Of a stretch of DNA of 64,000 bases, positions 1 through 10,630 are shown piece by piece; positions within the stretch are counted from its first letter, which is position 1; each line of letters begins with the position of its first letter. Under the pieces are notes generated by a model. That model saw nothing but the letters and a program-made list of their open reading frames with translations. It was not told the origin of the DNA and did no database searches. The translations under genes were made by a program, and so were the position numbers. Origin of the DNA: an uncultured Gemmatimonadaceae bacterium (lineage in GTDB: Bacteria > Gemmatimonadota > Gemmatimonadetes > Gemmatimonadales > Gemmatimonadaceae); assembly GCA_963761305.1 (NCBI GenBank), contig CAVXGK010000001.1, positions 288,001 through 352,000 of the forward strand, written 5' to 3'.

Positions 1-584
<584 letters not shown>

Positions 585-588
<4 letters not shown>

Positions 589-1853
589 GATCGAGTTGAG
601 GGTGTCGATTGCAACTGCTCTTCGATCGCCGCCAGTGCGTGCCCGACCGAGGCGAAGTCGCGCTTGGCGGTGTCGCTGGTGCGCGCGCGCTTCACGACGT
701 CGACGCGGGGCCCGAGACTCGGAATCCGCTTCACGACCGCCGCGAGGAAGTCGTCGTCGCCGGCCGACGCCGGGACGGCGACGATGCCGCGCGTTCGCCG
801 CCGAAGTCCGCCGATCAGATTCGACGTCGCCGTGCGCGTCGCGCCCACGTCTTCGTACGCCCGCCCCAGCGCCGCCGCGTGCTCGAGCGGCGAGCGACGC
901 GTGATGTGCATGTCGTCGCGCGGGACGAGCGGGCGCGGTGCGAGCGCCAGCAGCAGAAGTAGCCCCGCGGCCAATGCCTGCAACAACAGATTTCCGGAGC
1001 GCGCCCGCCACAGATACAACGCCGACGCCTTGAGACTTCCGCCGTGTACCCCAAATCCGTGGTGATACTCGTCGAAGGCCAGCACGGGCTTGGGGTCGTT
1101 CCCCGGACGCGTGTATTCGATGAGACGCATCGCCGCGACGTCGGCGCCGAAGCGGCACACTCGCACCGCCGCGTTGCTGAACACGTTCGCTCCGCCGACG
1201 ACGGCGACGCGCCCTTTGCCGATCGGAAATCCGAGACCGGCCACGATCGTGGAACTCTCTTCGCGTCCCGCGTTCACCAGCGGCTCCACGCGCCCCGGGG
1301 CGTGTCGCGTCCACGTGACCTCACGGACCTCGGGCGGCAACGTGAGCGCGTCGCTCGCGATGCGCGACGTACGAGGGCGCGGACAGGAGTCCGTGGTGAA
1401 TGCCGAACCCGTTTCGGCGACGGCGTTCAGCGACAGAAACTGCTGGCGAAGGCCGCCTCTCAGCCCGAGCGAATCCGTCAAGCCGTCGTCGCCGTCGACG
1501 GAAAGCACCAACCCTCCGCCGTGCCGAACATTCTCGAGCAAACTGTGAATCTCGTGCGCCCCGAGCGGTTCTCGCGGCGCGAGGACGACCTGCACCGTCG
1601 GCCCGGAGTCGCCTTGGGCGCGCAGCGCCGCCAACGTTTCGATGCGACGCTGGGTGCGCCAACCGAAACGCGCGGCGACTTCGTAGATCATCGCCGCGCC
1701 GCCTGGGGCCGTCGAGAAACTGCTCAGCCCACCTTCCGAGCTGCCGGGCGCTTCGGGCGTGAGCAGCGCGATGATCAACGTCAGGACGCCGAGCGCGAGC
1801 GCGATCGTCGTGGCGCTGAACCGTCCCATGCTGGCGTTCGGAGTGGGTGTCAC
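585..1853 (-). CDS. DUF4350-type membrane-anchored protein of moxR operon
   Basis: N-terminal [17 protein letters not shown] motif, GKGRVAVVG...[12 protein letters not shown]-terminal TM; position next to moxR. Confidence 0.8.
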
Positions 1854-2476
1854 GCGGCGGCGCGCCGTGGCGCGATCGACTCAGCCGCCTGCGCGAGGCG
1901 AAGATAGTCGTCGTGCGTCGGCGCACTCCAACTGTACACGCTGCGATCGAACTGGCGCGCGAACGACGCGAACTCGCCGGCGACGGCAGGGCGGCGTTGC
2001 CTGAGATCGCGCGCGTAGTCGCCGCTCGTCTTCGACGCGTGGAACTTCACCCCGCCGGAACGGGCGAGCGCGTCGAGGACGCCGATGTAGATCGCGTGAC
2101 ACGCGCCGACGTAGTTCCCCGCCGCGTCGAGTTCGGCGGCCAGCGCCCAGTAGTCGCGACGCTCCCCGTCGATCGCCCGCAGGCCCGCGCCGGCCAGCCG
2201 TCGCGCTTCCATCTGCTGCCCGATCACGATGCGGCCGGCAATGACGATCACGATGAGCGCGACGGCGGCGATCAACAGGTAGCGCGCGCCCGGCAGCCCG
2301 CCCAGCTGTTCCAGCAGATCGCGAACCCATCGGAACACGGTCTCGAAGATGCGGCCGAGGATCGACTGGCGAAGCGGCGTGGTATACGCGGCTTGTCGCG
2401 CGATGGCCGCGACGGTGTCGTGGATCTGCTTCGCCGTCCACGGACCGGCGACCGCCTGTGGCGGAGGAGCGATCAT
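1850..2476 (-). CDS. DUF4129-domain membrane protein
   Basis: TM segment then A...GNYVGACHAIY...KTSGDYARDL...F.RSVY pattern; overlaps next gene by 4 nt. Confidence 0.8.
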   Translation of the reverse strand: MIAPPPQAVAGPWTAKQIHDTVAAIARQAAYTTPLRQSILGRIFETVFRWVRDLLEQLGGLPGARYLLIAAVALIVIVIAGRIVIGQQMEARRLAGAGLRAIDGERRDYWALAAELDAAGNYVGACHAIYIGVLDALARSGGVKFHASKTSGDYARDLRQRRPAVAGEFASFARQFDRSVYSWSAPTHDDYLRLAQAAESIAPRRAAA

Positions 2477-2486
2477 TCGTGCGGGC

Positions 2487-3263
2487 CTACGCCACCGGCC
2501 CGTGCGCCGGCGTCGTGTCGGTCACCGCCGACGCGAGATACTCGACGTCGAATCCCTCGTTGCGAACGCGCGTGTCGAAGTAGAGCACCGTCTCGGTGAT
2601 CCCGAAGATCGGATAGATGACAATCGTCACCGCGGTGACGAGGACGTAGCCGATGACTTTGCTCGGCTGCAGGTTAATCAACATGGCGGCGCCGACATTC
2701 ACCACCGTCGTGAGAATCGCGACGAGGATCAGCGTGCCGAGGATGCGCCACTTGTTGTGCGCCGCCAGATCGCCGGAGCGCCCGAGCGCGGTGAACGCGC
2801 CTTTGTCCTCGAGCACCACCGCCTGGCGCACCGCGAAGAAGCGCGCGATGAAGTAAATGCCGGGTATCACGAAGAACACGAGCCCAATGCCGATCACCAC
2901 GAACGTGACCACCGTGGCGATCACCAGCGGCAGAATGCGGGATGCGGTATGCCGCAGCGCCGACGACACGTCGATCGGCTCGTCGAGGTACACGGCGCGC
3001 GCCAGCATCGACACCACGCCGCCCGCCAGACCGTAAATCACGATCCCGGCCGCGGTGAAGATCACGCTATCGCGAATGAGCGTGGGCGTGAGCTGATCCG
3101 GTGTCGTCGGAATCTGAATCTGGAAAATCAGGCGAATGGCGAGCCACGGCACGTACACGAGCGCCATCGCGACCATGAACGGCACCGGCGCACGACGATA
3201 CACCTGAAACGCCGCGTCGATCAGTTCGGTGACCGAGCGGGGACGCAGGACGAGGTCGGACAT
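2487..3263 (-). CDS. Multi-pass membrane protein (LRPRS..ELID.AF N-terminus; first gene of moxR operon)
   Basis: About 6 hydrophobic segments, ALGRSGDL motif, LYFDTRVRNEGFDVE C-terminal motif. Confidence 0.8.
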   Translation of the reverse strand: MSDLVLRPRSVTELIDAAFQVYRRAPVPFMVAMALVYVPWLAIRLIFQIQIPTTPDQLTPTLIRDSVIFTAAGIVIYGLAGGVVSMLARAVYLDEPIDVSSALRHTASRILPLVIATVVTFVVIGIGLVFFVIPGIYFIARFFAVRQAVVLEDKGAFTALGRSGDLAAHNKWRILGTLILVAILTTVVNVGAAMLINLQPSKVIGYVLVTAVTIVIYPIFGITETVLYFDTRVRNEGFDVEYLASAVTDTTPAHGPVA

Positions 3264-3297
3264 GGTGGGGACCGGTGGACAGGTGGACCGGCGGACG
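3264..3297. repeat. 8-bp tandem repeat (GTCCACCN on minus strand), about 4 degenerate units
   Basis: Plus strand ggtggggac-cggtggac-aggtggac-cggcggac, immediately upstream of the ATG at 3263. Confidence 0.7.
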
Positions 3298-3355
3298 CCT
3301 GGCGAGACTTCTAAAATGCCAGCGCCCTGAGTAGACGGCTAGTCACGGTGCGACG

Positions 3356-3384
3356 TGGACTGCCGCGCCGTCGCATGGTATCAT
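3356..3384 (+). promoter_or_regulatory. Putative sigma-70 promoter for the gene at 3456
   Basis: TGGACT-17 nt-TATCAT with extended -10 TG. Confidence 0.45.
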
Positions 3385-3455
3385 CGAGCGGCTGGTGGCG
3401 ACGCCGCCCCAACGAGACGCCTCACGCTCCGCCGTAGCAGGCATTGAGAGGCTCC

Positions 3456-4211
3456 ATGAACACGCCGCTTCAAGCCGCTGTCCCGGCGCCGCATCGCAGC
3501 CCACTGCGAACGGCCGCGCTCAAGATCCTGGTGCACGGCGCATTTCTGGTCGTCGCCGTAGGCTGCCTGGCGGCGTACGAGCACTTCAAGGCCCAGGGGC
3601 AGTCTTCCGCCTCGCTCGTGAGCGTGGCCGGAGCGGCGCTGTTCGGTTTCGCGCCGCTGCGCGACTTGATGCGCGTGTTTTTTCGCGTCGAGGGCGGCGC
3701 GCTGCACCTCGTGCACGGTCTGGGTGGATTGGCGCTGGTCTCGTTGCCCGTGACCGGCGTGGTTGCCGGGCCGCCGGTGCTCACCCACGCCGCGATGGCG
3801 CCGTTCGCGCTCATGGGCGCCGCACAGGCGGTGATGCACCAGAACCATCCGCGCAACGCGGCGCAGGCGGCCGCCCTGCAAACGTTCGCGTCGAGCTTGC
3901 CGCAAGTCGCTCAGTTCGCGGGATCGAAGGACCTTACGTCGCCGGAGAACGCGCGGCGGGCGGTGGCGGTCCTGTCCGACATCATCGGCAAGGCGCAAAA
4001 GCTCGGCGAGACGGAGCTGGCCGCCGATCCCAACTTTCAGAGCGCCCTGAGTCAGGTGACGTCACGCTTCGGCACGACCTTGGGGCTCGACGCGGTGCAA
4101 CTCGCGCTCGGCCAGTTGGCGTCGAATCCAGCCACGGCCGGAAGCGTTCCGGACCTGCGCTCCCGACTCGCCAAGGCGCGGAGCACGATCGCGCGCGGCG
4201 AAACGCGCTGA
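3456..4211 (+). CDS. Hypothetical membrane protein with soluble helical C-terminus
   Basis: ORF with GAGAGG before ATG 3456, about 4 TM segments, GC3-rich codon use. Confidence 0.75.
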   Translation: MNTPLQAAVPAPHRSPLRTAALKILVHGAFLVVAVGCLAAYEHFKAQGQSSASLVSVAGAALFGFAPLRDLMRVFFRVEGGALHLVHGLGGLALVSLPVTGVVAGPPVLTHAAMAPFALMGAAQAVMHQNHPRNAAQAAALQTFASSLPQVAQFAGSKDLTSPENARRAVAVLSDIIGKAQKLGETELAADPNFQSALSQVTSRFGTTLGLDAVQLALGQLASNPATAGSVPDLRSRLAKARSTIARGETR

Positions 4212-4315
4212 CGCCGGCGCGACCAAGGCCGTACACACGTAAGCTCAGAATTGCTTTGACCGGCAACGCGCATCGCGCCAATAGTTCGCGGTCTCCATTC
4301 GCGGACTTGGCATCG

Positions 4316-5005
4316 ATGCGCCTACCCCTTTCGCACGCTCTGATCGTCGCGTCGCTCGTGAGTCTTCCACCACTCGACGCGCGGGCGCAGACGCTCGATT
4401 CGACGACGAAGCTCGAGGCCATCAACTCACGCGTGCTGTGGGTCGACTATCGCGGCCGGCGCGCCCTCAAGCTGGCGCCGCTCGAGGGGCACGAACACGA
4501 CACCGATCAGGAAATGGCGGCCGTGCTCACCGGCTCCGATTTTCGAGACGGCGTCATCGAGTTGGACGTCTCCGGCGCGCGACGACAAGGCTACTCGACC
4601 GCCGAGGACGTGAGCGGCTACAAAGGAATCGTCGGACTCACGTTTCGACTGCGCGGCGATTCAGCGGAACGATTCTACATTCGCCCCGAGAATGCGCGGC
4701 TGAACAATCAGTTGTTTCGGAATCGATCGACGCAGTACGAGTCGAGCCCCGACTTCCCGTGGCAGCGACTGCGTGAGGAGAATCCCGGCGTCTACGAGTC
4801 GTACGCGGACATCGAGTCCGGGGGCTGGACGCACCTCAGGATCGAGGTGTCGGGCGAGTCGGCGCGGCTCTACGTGAACGGCGCAAGCCAGCCGTGTCTC
4901 GTCGTAAACGACCTCAAACACGGCGTGAGCCACGGCGCAATCGCGCTCTGGGCGAGAATCAGCAGCGACGCGTACTTCGCCAATCTGCGCGTTCGGCCGC
5001 GATAG
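4316..5005 (+). CDS. Secreted DUF1080-like (beta-jelly-roll, GH16-like) protein
   Basis: Signal peptide MRLPLSHALIV...ARA-Q; FRDGVIELDV, FYIRPEN, PWQRLREENPGVYESYAD, WTHLRIEV, AYFANLRV. Confidence 0.75.
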   Translation: MRLPLSHALIVASLVSLPPLDARAQTLDSTTKLEAINSRVLWVDYRGRRALKLAPLEGHEHDTDQEMAAVLTGSDFRDGVIELDVSGARRQGYSTAEDVSGYKGIVGLTFRLRGDSAERFYIRPENARLNNQLFRNRSTQYESSPDFPWQRLREENPGVYESYADIESGGWTHLRIEVSGESARLYVNGASQPCLVVNDLKHGVSHGAIALWARISSDAYFANLRVRPR

Positions 5006-5167
5006 CCGCGCGCGCCTCAGAGCCGCAGCCGTTTTCAAGGTGCAGCAGCTATTCTTCGGGTTGTGGCGAAGGGTGCACAAGATCCAGCATCACTGTCTGA
5101 CCTGTCGGGTCATCGTCGGCCTTTTCTTCGCGTCGATGGGCGTGGTACGCTAGGCCGCGCATTCATC

Positions 5168-6319
5168 ATGTTCTTGGTCGCGAGCGCCGGCACTGTGTCT
5201 CTCGGAGTGAGCTGCCGGTTCACCGATGGGTTGGCCGGCGGGAACTCATCGAGTGGCCTTTCGGACAAATGGTTCATGCCGGTCGACGGCTCGTTCGGGT
5301 GGCGGGGACTTCCGGAAACCGCCGACGGCGTCGTAGTCACGGGCATGGCCGGTGGGATTGCCGCCTTTGATACGGCCATGGGCGACCGGGTCTGGCGCGC
5401 GCCGGTTTTTGGTTCGGCAAGAGCACGACCGGTCGCAATGAACAACCCAGTGCGCGACCATAGGGTCTGCATCGCCGACTACGATGGTATCGGCTGTGCC
5501 GACACGCGCACGGGCGCTCTTCAATGGAACGTCACCCCGCCAACGGATTCGGCGACGGACGGGGGATCGAGCGCGATTGACGGGGCCGCGCTCTACTACG
5601 GCACGCGCGCCCATCGGCTGAACGCGAGATCGCTCGTCGACGGTCGCCTCCTCTGGTCGACCGATTTGTCGCCGACCGCGCCGTTCCTTACGCGAGTCTA
5701 CAGCGCCACCGTGCGAAACGACACGGTGTATGCCACGACCGTGCGCTGGCTAAACTGGAATGGTTTCCTATCCGCCGGCGACCTGGTCGCGGTCGATGCG
5801 AGGACGGGAAGAGTCTTCTGGAGCTTTACCTCACCTGACTCTGAAAAGAGCGGCTTTCAGTCGCCTGCCGTCCTGGCCGGCAACGTCGCCGTCGTGTCCG
5901 ACGTCTATCGCCACGCGCTCCGCGGCATCGACCTGACGACGCATTTGGAGCTGTGGCAGAGTGAGCAGAACGCGAGCGGGTACATCAACGCCGAGACGCC
6001 GCCGATCGTTTTGGGCGACACGGTGTTCGCAGGGTCGACAGACAGCCAGGTCTACGCGCTCGACCTCGCGACCGGCAAACGACTCTGGCGCTCGCCGCCA
6101 ATCGGCGGTTCGTTGGCGGGGGTCGCCATCTGTGGCCGGTGGATCGTGTCGATTCCGTTCGCGGGCGGCGATCCGTATACCGTCGATCGCGTCACACACG
6201 TCGTGACCCGATTCAGGCTTCCGGCTCCCGGCGACTACCTCTACTCACAGCCGGCCGTCAGTGGCCACACCCTGTACGCCACGGGCGAGCACGGCGTTCA
6301 TGCTCTCGTGTGCAACTAA
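5168..6319 (+). CDS. PQQ-like/BamB-type beta-propeller repeat protein, probably exported (start uncertain)
   Basis: Repeated A.D..TG...W motifs (AFDTAMGDRVW, ADTRTGALQW, AVDARTGRVFW, ALDLATGKRLW); possible lipobox GVSC. Confidence 0.8.
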   Translation: MFLVASAGTVSLGVSCRFTDGLAGGNSSSGLSDKWFMPVDGSFGWRGLPETADGVVVTGMAGGIAAFDTAMGDRVWRAPVFGSARARPVAMNNPVRDHRVCIADYDGIGCADTRTGALQWNVTPPTDSATDGGSSAIDGAALYYGTRAHRLNARSLVDGRLLWSTDLSPTAPFLTRVYSATVRNDTVYATTVRWLNWNGFLSAGDLVAVDARTGRVFWSFTSPDSEKSGFQSPAVLAGNVAVVSDVYRHALRGIDLTTHLELWQSEQNASGYINAETPPIVLGDTVFAGSTDSQVYALDLATGKRLWRSPPIGGSLAGVAICGRWIVSIPFAGGDPYTVDRVTHVVTRFRLPAPGDYLYSQPAVSGHTLYATGEHGVHALVCN

Positions 6320-6368
6320 GGCACAGGGCCTGATCGATCGGCGCCGCGCTATTCCTCACTGAAACGAG

Positions 6369-6408
6369 AAGCGCCACGAAGGAGCCGGGAGGCTTCTTCG
6401 TGGCGCTT
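6369..6408. terminator. Hairpin between convergent genes, probable bidirectional terminator
   Basis: AAGCGCCACGAAGGAGCC-ggga-GGCTTCTTCGTGGCGCTT. Confidence 0.75.
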
Positions 6409-6431
6409 GGTTCGTTCGTCGCGTGCGCGGC

Positions 6432-7304
6432 TTACGCCGCCATGCCGTCCTTCAACACGCCCGCGGTGTCGCTCTCGCGCAGGCGCTTGAGCGCGCGGTC
6501 GCGCAACTGACGCACACGCTCGCGCGTGACGCCCAACTCGCGCGCGATCTCCTGCAACGTCATTGGGCGGTTGCCCTCGAGACCGAAGTACAGGATCAGC
6601 ACGCGCCGGTCGCGCGGCGGCAGGACGTCGAGCGCGCGGGCGATCGCTTCGCGACGCGAGTCGCTCTCGATGCCACCCGGCAACACGTCTTCATCCTCGC
6701 CACGGTCGAGCACCAGCGTTTCGCCGAGGGTGCGACCCGGCTCGCCGGAGATGGCCGGCTCGTCGAGCGACCGCGTCGGCTGGAGCAGCGCGACCAATCC
6801 TCGCGTGACGTCGAGCGAGAGATCGGCAACGCTCGCGATCTCTTCCTCGTACGGCTCGCGCGACAGGCGCTGCCGGAGCAGCTCCTGCGCACGCGACACG
6901 CGCGACAGATCCGCCGCGCGGTTGAGCGGCACCTGAACGGTGCGACTCTGCCGCTGCACGGCCGAATGGAGCGCCTGACGGATCCACCAGACCGCGTAGC
7001 TGATGAAGTTCACGCCGACGTCCGGGTCGTACTTGTCGGCCGCGCGCACGAGCCCGGCGTTCGCCTCGCTGACCAGGTCGCCGAGCGGAACGCCGCGATT
7101 CTGGTACTGCTTGGCAACCGAGAAAGCGAACCGAAGATTGGCGCGGATGAGCTCGGATCGGGCCGCATCGCGCTCTTCGTCCGAGGTGGCGCGGCGCATC
7201 TGGCGGGCGAGCTCTTTCTGCTCGGGCGCCTTGAGCACCGGCTCGCCCCGGAGCTCTTCTATATAGAGATCAAGGAGGTCGCGGTCGTTCGTGGTCGGGT
7301 ACAT
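6432..7304 (-). CDS. RpoD/RpoS-like sigma-70 factor lacking region 1.1
   Basis: LIRANLRFAFSVAKQY, DLVSEANAGLVRAADKYDP, FISYAVWWIRQ, TLQEIARELGVTRERVRQL; 290 aa. Confidence 0.93.
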   Translation of the reverse strand: MYPTTNDRDLLDLYIEELRGEPVLKAPEQKELARQMRRATSDEERDAARSELIRANLRFAFSVAKQYQNRGVPLGDLVSEANAGLVRAADKYDPDVGVNFISYAVWWIRQALHSAVQRQSRTVQVPLNRAADLSRVSRAQELLRQRLSREPYEEEIASVADLSLDVTRGLVALLQPTRSLDEPAISGEPGRTLGETLVLDRGEDEDVLPGGIESDSRREAIARALDVLPPRDRRVLILYFGLEGNRPMTLQEIARELGVTRERVRQLRDRALKRLRESDTAGVLKDGMAA

Positions 7305-7445
7305 CGATCAATCACCCCCGGCGCCAAGGGGCGCCGTGCCTGAAAGTCCATGCAGTAGTACAACTTTGCGCGTCGCAGGTTCGCACGCGTGGGCCACTTT
7401 TTTCCGTCTTTTTCGCATGAATCCGGACTTCGTCGACCCCGCCGC

Positions 7446-7787
7446 TCATTCCCGCACTTGTGCAGCCACTCGCCTTCGCCCCGCCTTGGAACTCGCGGCG
7501 GGCGACGGCGGTTCCACGCCCATCCGCTTGCGCAGCTCGGCCATGTAGGACTCGAAGACCTGAGGCCGAGTCCGGTAGTAAACGAACTGCCCATCGCGCC
7601 GCGAGTCGACAAGTCCTGCGCTGGCTAACTCTTTGAGATGGTGCGAGATAGTCGCCTGTCGAACCGGAAAGCACCCGCACAGCCGCTGGCAGCCGACCTC
7701 GGCTTGCTGCGCGATGTGCTGGAGGATTTCGAACCGTCTGGGATCGGCCAACGCCTTCGCGATCCGCTGGAACTGCTGGGACTCCAC
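7446..7787 (-). CDS. ArsR/SmtB-family transcriptional regulator
   Basis: KALADPRRFEIL, QATISHHLKELASAGLV..RRDGQFVYY; Cys cluster CQRLCGC. Confidence 0.9.
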   Translation of the reverse strand: MESQQFQRIAKALADPRRFEILQHIAQQAEVGCQRLCGCFPVRQATISHHLKELASAGLVDSRRDGQFVYYRTRPQVFESYMAELRKRMGVEPPSPAASSKAGRRRVAAQVRE

Positions 7788-7815
7788 TGGCTGCTCATGC
7801 TCCGGAAACCGTACG

Positions 7816-7834
7816 ATCTATAGATAAGCATCTA
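7816..7834. promoter_or_regulatory. Overlapping palindromes, likely ArsR autoregulatory operator
   Basis: ATCTATAGAT (7816-7825) and TAGAT-aagc-ATCTA (7821-7834), about 30-45 bp upstream of the arsR start. Confidence 0.55.
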
Positions 7835-7872
7835 AGTGTCTGGCGCAAGAGGCAGGGGCTGAGTCGCTCACA

Positions 7873-8529
7873 TTACTCGTCGGATCCCCCCCAGGCGAGC
7901 TGCGCCGCAAGCGCATCGCTCAGCCCGCGCATCCGTTGTTCCCGACTTCGCGCGTGGCGGTTCCAAATGGCGCGGGCTCCGGCAAACGAGGCCCAAAAGG
8001 CCCCGACTCCAACCGCAACTCCCGGCCCATGCAGCGTGGCGACGCTGACGACCCCGGCGATCAACCCGACCGTCCCCGCGGCGATGTAGGTGCCCGCTTT
8101 GGGGCCATGCTGCCGCATGTCGATGCGCAGCGTTGCCCCGTTCGGGCTCGGGGTGATGGCGACGACCGTCTTGTTGTCCGCCGGACCGGAGTGCCACTCG
8201 ATGCCGTCCCCCACGTCGCGCTTCTCGCCGGCGAGCGGCAAGTGCTCCCGAATGGCCGCGAGAATGGCCGCATGGTCGATCGTCGACGCGTGCGACACGA
8301 TCCGCCGCGAGCTGCGGTAGGCCGACGACGCTCCGAAGAGCGTGGCCTGAGCGCGAGATACGTCGAGGGTTGCGGCGACTTCGGCTACCACGCCGGGATC
8401 GATCCCGACTTCGCGCGCGATCTCCTGGATCGACTCGAGCGAATGCGAGGCGTCGCCGTCGTCGGCCTGCCGATCGGCGGCTCGCTTGAGGATCAGCGCC
8501 ATTTGTTGATCGGTGAACTTGCGCTCCAT
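7873..8529 (-). CDS. Hypothetical membrane protein
   Basis: N-terminal F...MALILKRAADRQ...SL..IQEIAREVGIDP motif; two C-terminal TMs; GGAG RBS. Confidence 0.75.
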   Translation of the reverse strand: MERKFTDQQMALILKRAADRQADDGDASHSLESIQEIAREVGIDPGVVAEVAATLDVSRAQATLFGASSAYRSSRRIVSHASTIDHAAILAAIREHLPLAGEKRDVGDGIEWHSGPADNKTVVAITPSPNGATLRIDMRQHGPKAGTYIAAGTVGLIAGVVSVATLHGPGVAVGVGAFWASFAGARAIWNRHARSREQRMRGLSDALAAQLAWGGSDE

Positions 8530-8683
8530 GTCCGCTCCGCGCGCGCCGTTCTTGAATCTATCGCGTCCGCATCGCTGTGCCGCGCGTCACCGACCGTTGA
8601 CTCTGCGCCGCAGTTCTGCGCGCGTCTCGTCGAGAGATGCGCGGGCCTCGACGAATTGGATTCAAATCGGCGCTCCGGCCAGG

Positions 8684-8701
8684 AATTAGAGCGCTCTAAT
8701 T
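8684..8701. promoter_or_regulatory. Perfect 18-bp palindrome, LacI/GalR-type operator candidate
   Basis: AATTAGAGCGCTCTAATT, in the divergent intergenic region. Confidence 0.6.
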
Positions 8702-8749
8702 TTCTCGGCGCACTGGCGGGGCGGCGTGCGTCTCGTCAGCTTTCCGGGC

Positions 8750-9475
8750 GTGAGCGAGCGTCCCCTCCACGTCCTGCTGGTCGAAGACGAACCCGCCGTA
8801 CGGCGCGCGTTTGCCCGCGCTCTGACCGCCGACGGTTTTTCCGTCGATGAGACCGAGACGGCCGAATCCGCGCTCAGCCTCGCCAACGCGGGACGCTACG
8901 ACATCATCGTGCTGGACATGAGCCTCCCGTCGCACGACGGCGTCTGGTTCATCGAGTCGCTGCGAGCGCAGGGACTCGAGACGCCGATCATGGTGAGCTC
9001 GGGACGCGGCGCCGACTCCGACGTCGAAGGAGCGCTCGACGCCGGCGCGGACGAATACGTCATCAAGCCCGTCTCGGCCACCACGCTCTCGGCGCGTGTG
9101 CGCGCGTTGGCGCGCCGCACCGCGCGTTCGTCGCGCCGAATCGCCGTGGGCGACTTGCAGCTGCACGCTGAATCGCACACCGCGTCCGGCGCGCTCGGAT
9201 CGACGAGCCTCACGGCCAAGGAGTTCGCGCTACTGAGCCTCTTCGTCGAACAGCCGCGCCGACTGCTCTCGCGCGACGACCTGTTGCAAGCCGTGTGGGG
9301 CTATTCGTTCGACCCGGAGACGAGCGTGGTGGACGTCGCCATGCACCGGCTGCGACAGAAGCTCGCCAAGGTGACCGACCAGATCGCGATCGAGTCGCGG
9401 CGCGGTGCCGGGTTCCTGCTCGTTCCGTGTTCGCCGACTGACGCCCCCCCCCCGCCGGCCCGCCCGGTCGCCTGA
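8750..9475 (+). CDS. OmpR/PhoB-family response regulator (no adjacent kinase; start uncertain)
   Basis: VLLVEDE...IIVLDMSLP..DG...GADEYVIKP; winged helix LTAKEFALL...VWGY...VVDVAMHRLRQKL...RGAGF. Confidence 0.9.
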   Translation: MSERPLHVLLVEDEPAVRRAFARALTADGFSVDETETAESALSLANAGRYDIIVLDMSLPSHDGVWFIESLRAQGLETPIMVSSGRGADSDVEGALDAGADEYVIKPVSATTLSARVRALARRTARSSRRIAVGDLQLHAESHTASGALGSTSLTAKEFALLSLFVEQPRRLLSRDDLLQAVWGYSFDPETSVVDVAMHRLRQKLAKVTDQIAIESRRGAGFLLVPCSPTDAPPPPARPVA

Positions 9476-9502
9476 CCGTCACGCGCGGCGCCGCGCCGCG
9501 CG

Positions 9503-10630
9503 TCAGATCAGCTTCTCGGCCACGCGTCGAATCAGCTCGTCGAACGGAAGCTTGGTGAGCGCCAGGGGAAGAAACGGCGCCGCGAGCAACAGCGCGTGCG
9601 CGAGCAACACCGTCAGGCTCACCGGTATGAGCCGAATGCTCGTGACGACCTGAAAGGAATTCGACAGGTCGGCCAGCGACTGGATGTCCGACGTGCCGAG
9701 CAATCCGTTGTCGTGCGCTTTGGGGTCGAGCATCCATCGCCGCCGGAAGTCGTCGACGTATTCGCTGGCGAGTCCGCCGTAGTCCACCGAGCCCTTGAGC
9801 CGCGTGTTGATGATGGCGACGGTGAAGAACAGGAGCGGCACCACGCACACAACCGTCAACAGGACGGGCGTGACCGACATCTCCGGTACGAATTGGTCGA
9901 GGCTGGCGCCGTCGTGCAGAATGCGCCCGCCAATTCGACCCGCCAGCGCGATCGTTTGCGCGAAGAACCCCAGGCCGAACGCGGGAATGCTCAACGCGAG
10001 AAAGCCCAGTCCCCCGGCGCGGTCGGGATGGAGCGGGTTCAGGTTCAACGGAAGGCGCGACACCCGCCACAGAAAGTTGTACCAGATGGCGACGGTGTAA
10101 TACCATCGAAGGAGCGCGAACCGGAAAATGTTGAGGCTGACGAAGACGTACCACCACCCGCCGACGGTGAGCGCCGGTTCGCCCATCGCGTTGGTCGAGA
10201 GATACCACACACCGCCGCGCATCGACCACGCCTGGTGCCAGATCCAGCCGGCCAGCGCCGTCGACGCGACTGCGAGCGCGATGCGCATGAGCCACGACGA
10301 GCGCTGGCGTTCCGCGTGCTCGACGCTCTCGGCGAACCGCGCCGCGTCCGCCGGTGCGACGAGGCCCCGATCGATGAACGGCTGGACGATGTAGCGAGAC
10401 CGACAATGCAGCAGCGGCTCGGCGGCGATGAGCAGGGGCAGCGCGACGAGCAACCGGATCTGCGCGTTGAGGTCGTCGAGAAACGGCTCGCGCACGCCAC
10501 TGTACGCTCGTCCCTCGACGAGCGTGATGACGAACAACGGCACCCACGTGAGCGCGACCGCGGCGATCAGGTCTCGCGCGAGTCCTGGCCGACCCACTGC
10601 ATCACGCAGGTGGCGAAGCGACCGGTCGAT
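9503..10630 (-). CDS. Conserved multi-pass membrane protein (start at ATC 10630 or GTG 10597)
   Basis: PFLDD...RLLVALPLLIAAE, LNLNPLHPDRAGGLGFL, LLGTSDIQSLADL motifs; GAGGAGG 8 nt before an in-frame ATC. Confidence 0.8.
   Translation of the reverse strand: MDRSLRHLRDAVGRPGLARDLIAAVALTWVPLFVITLVEGRAYSGVREPFLDDLNAQIRLLVALPLLIAAEPLLHCRSRYIVQPFIDRGLVAPADAARFAESVEHAERQRSSWLMRIALAVASTALAGWIWHQAWSMRGGVWYLSTNAMGEPALTVGGWWYVFVSLNIFRFALLRWYYTVAIWYNFLWRVSRLPLNLNPLHPDRAGGLGFLALSIPAFGLGFFAQTIALAGRIGGRILHDGASLDQFVPEMSVTPVLLTVVCVVPLLFFTVAIINTRLKGSVDYGGLASEYVDDFRRRWMLDPKAHDNGLLGTSDIQSLADLSNSFQVVTSIRLIPVSLTVLLAHALLLAAPFLPLALTKLPFDELIRRVAEKLI

Noticed and set aside
5168..6319. Horizontal acquisition suggested by apparently more A/T-ending codons (also 34069-34600 and 46091-46621)
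   Set aside because: Impression by eye only; needs computed GC3 or codon-adaptation values, and no mobility signatures flank these genes.
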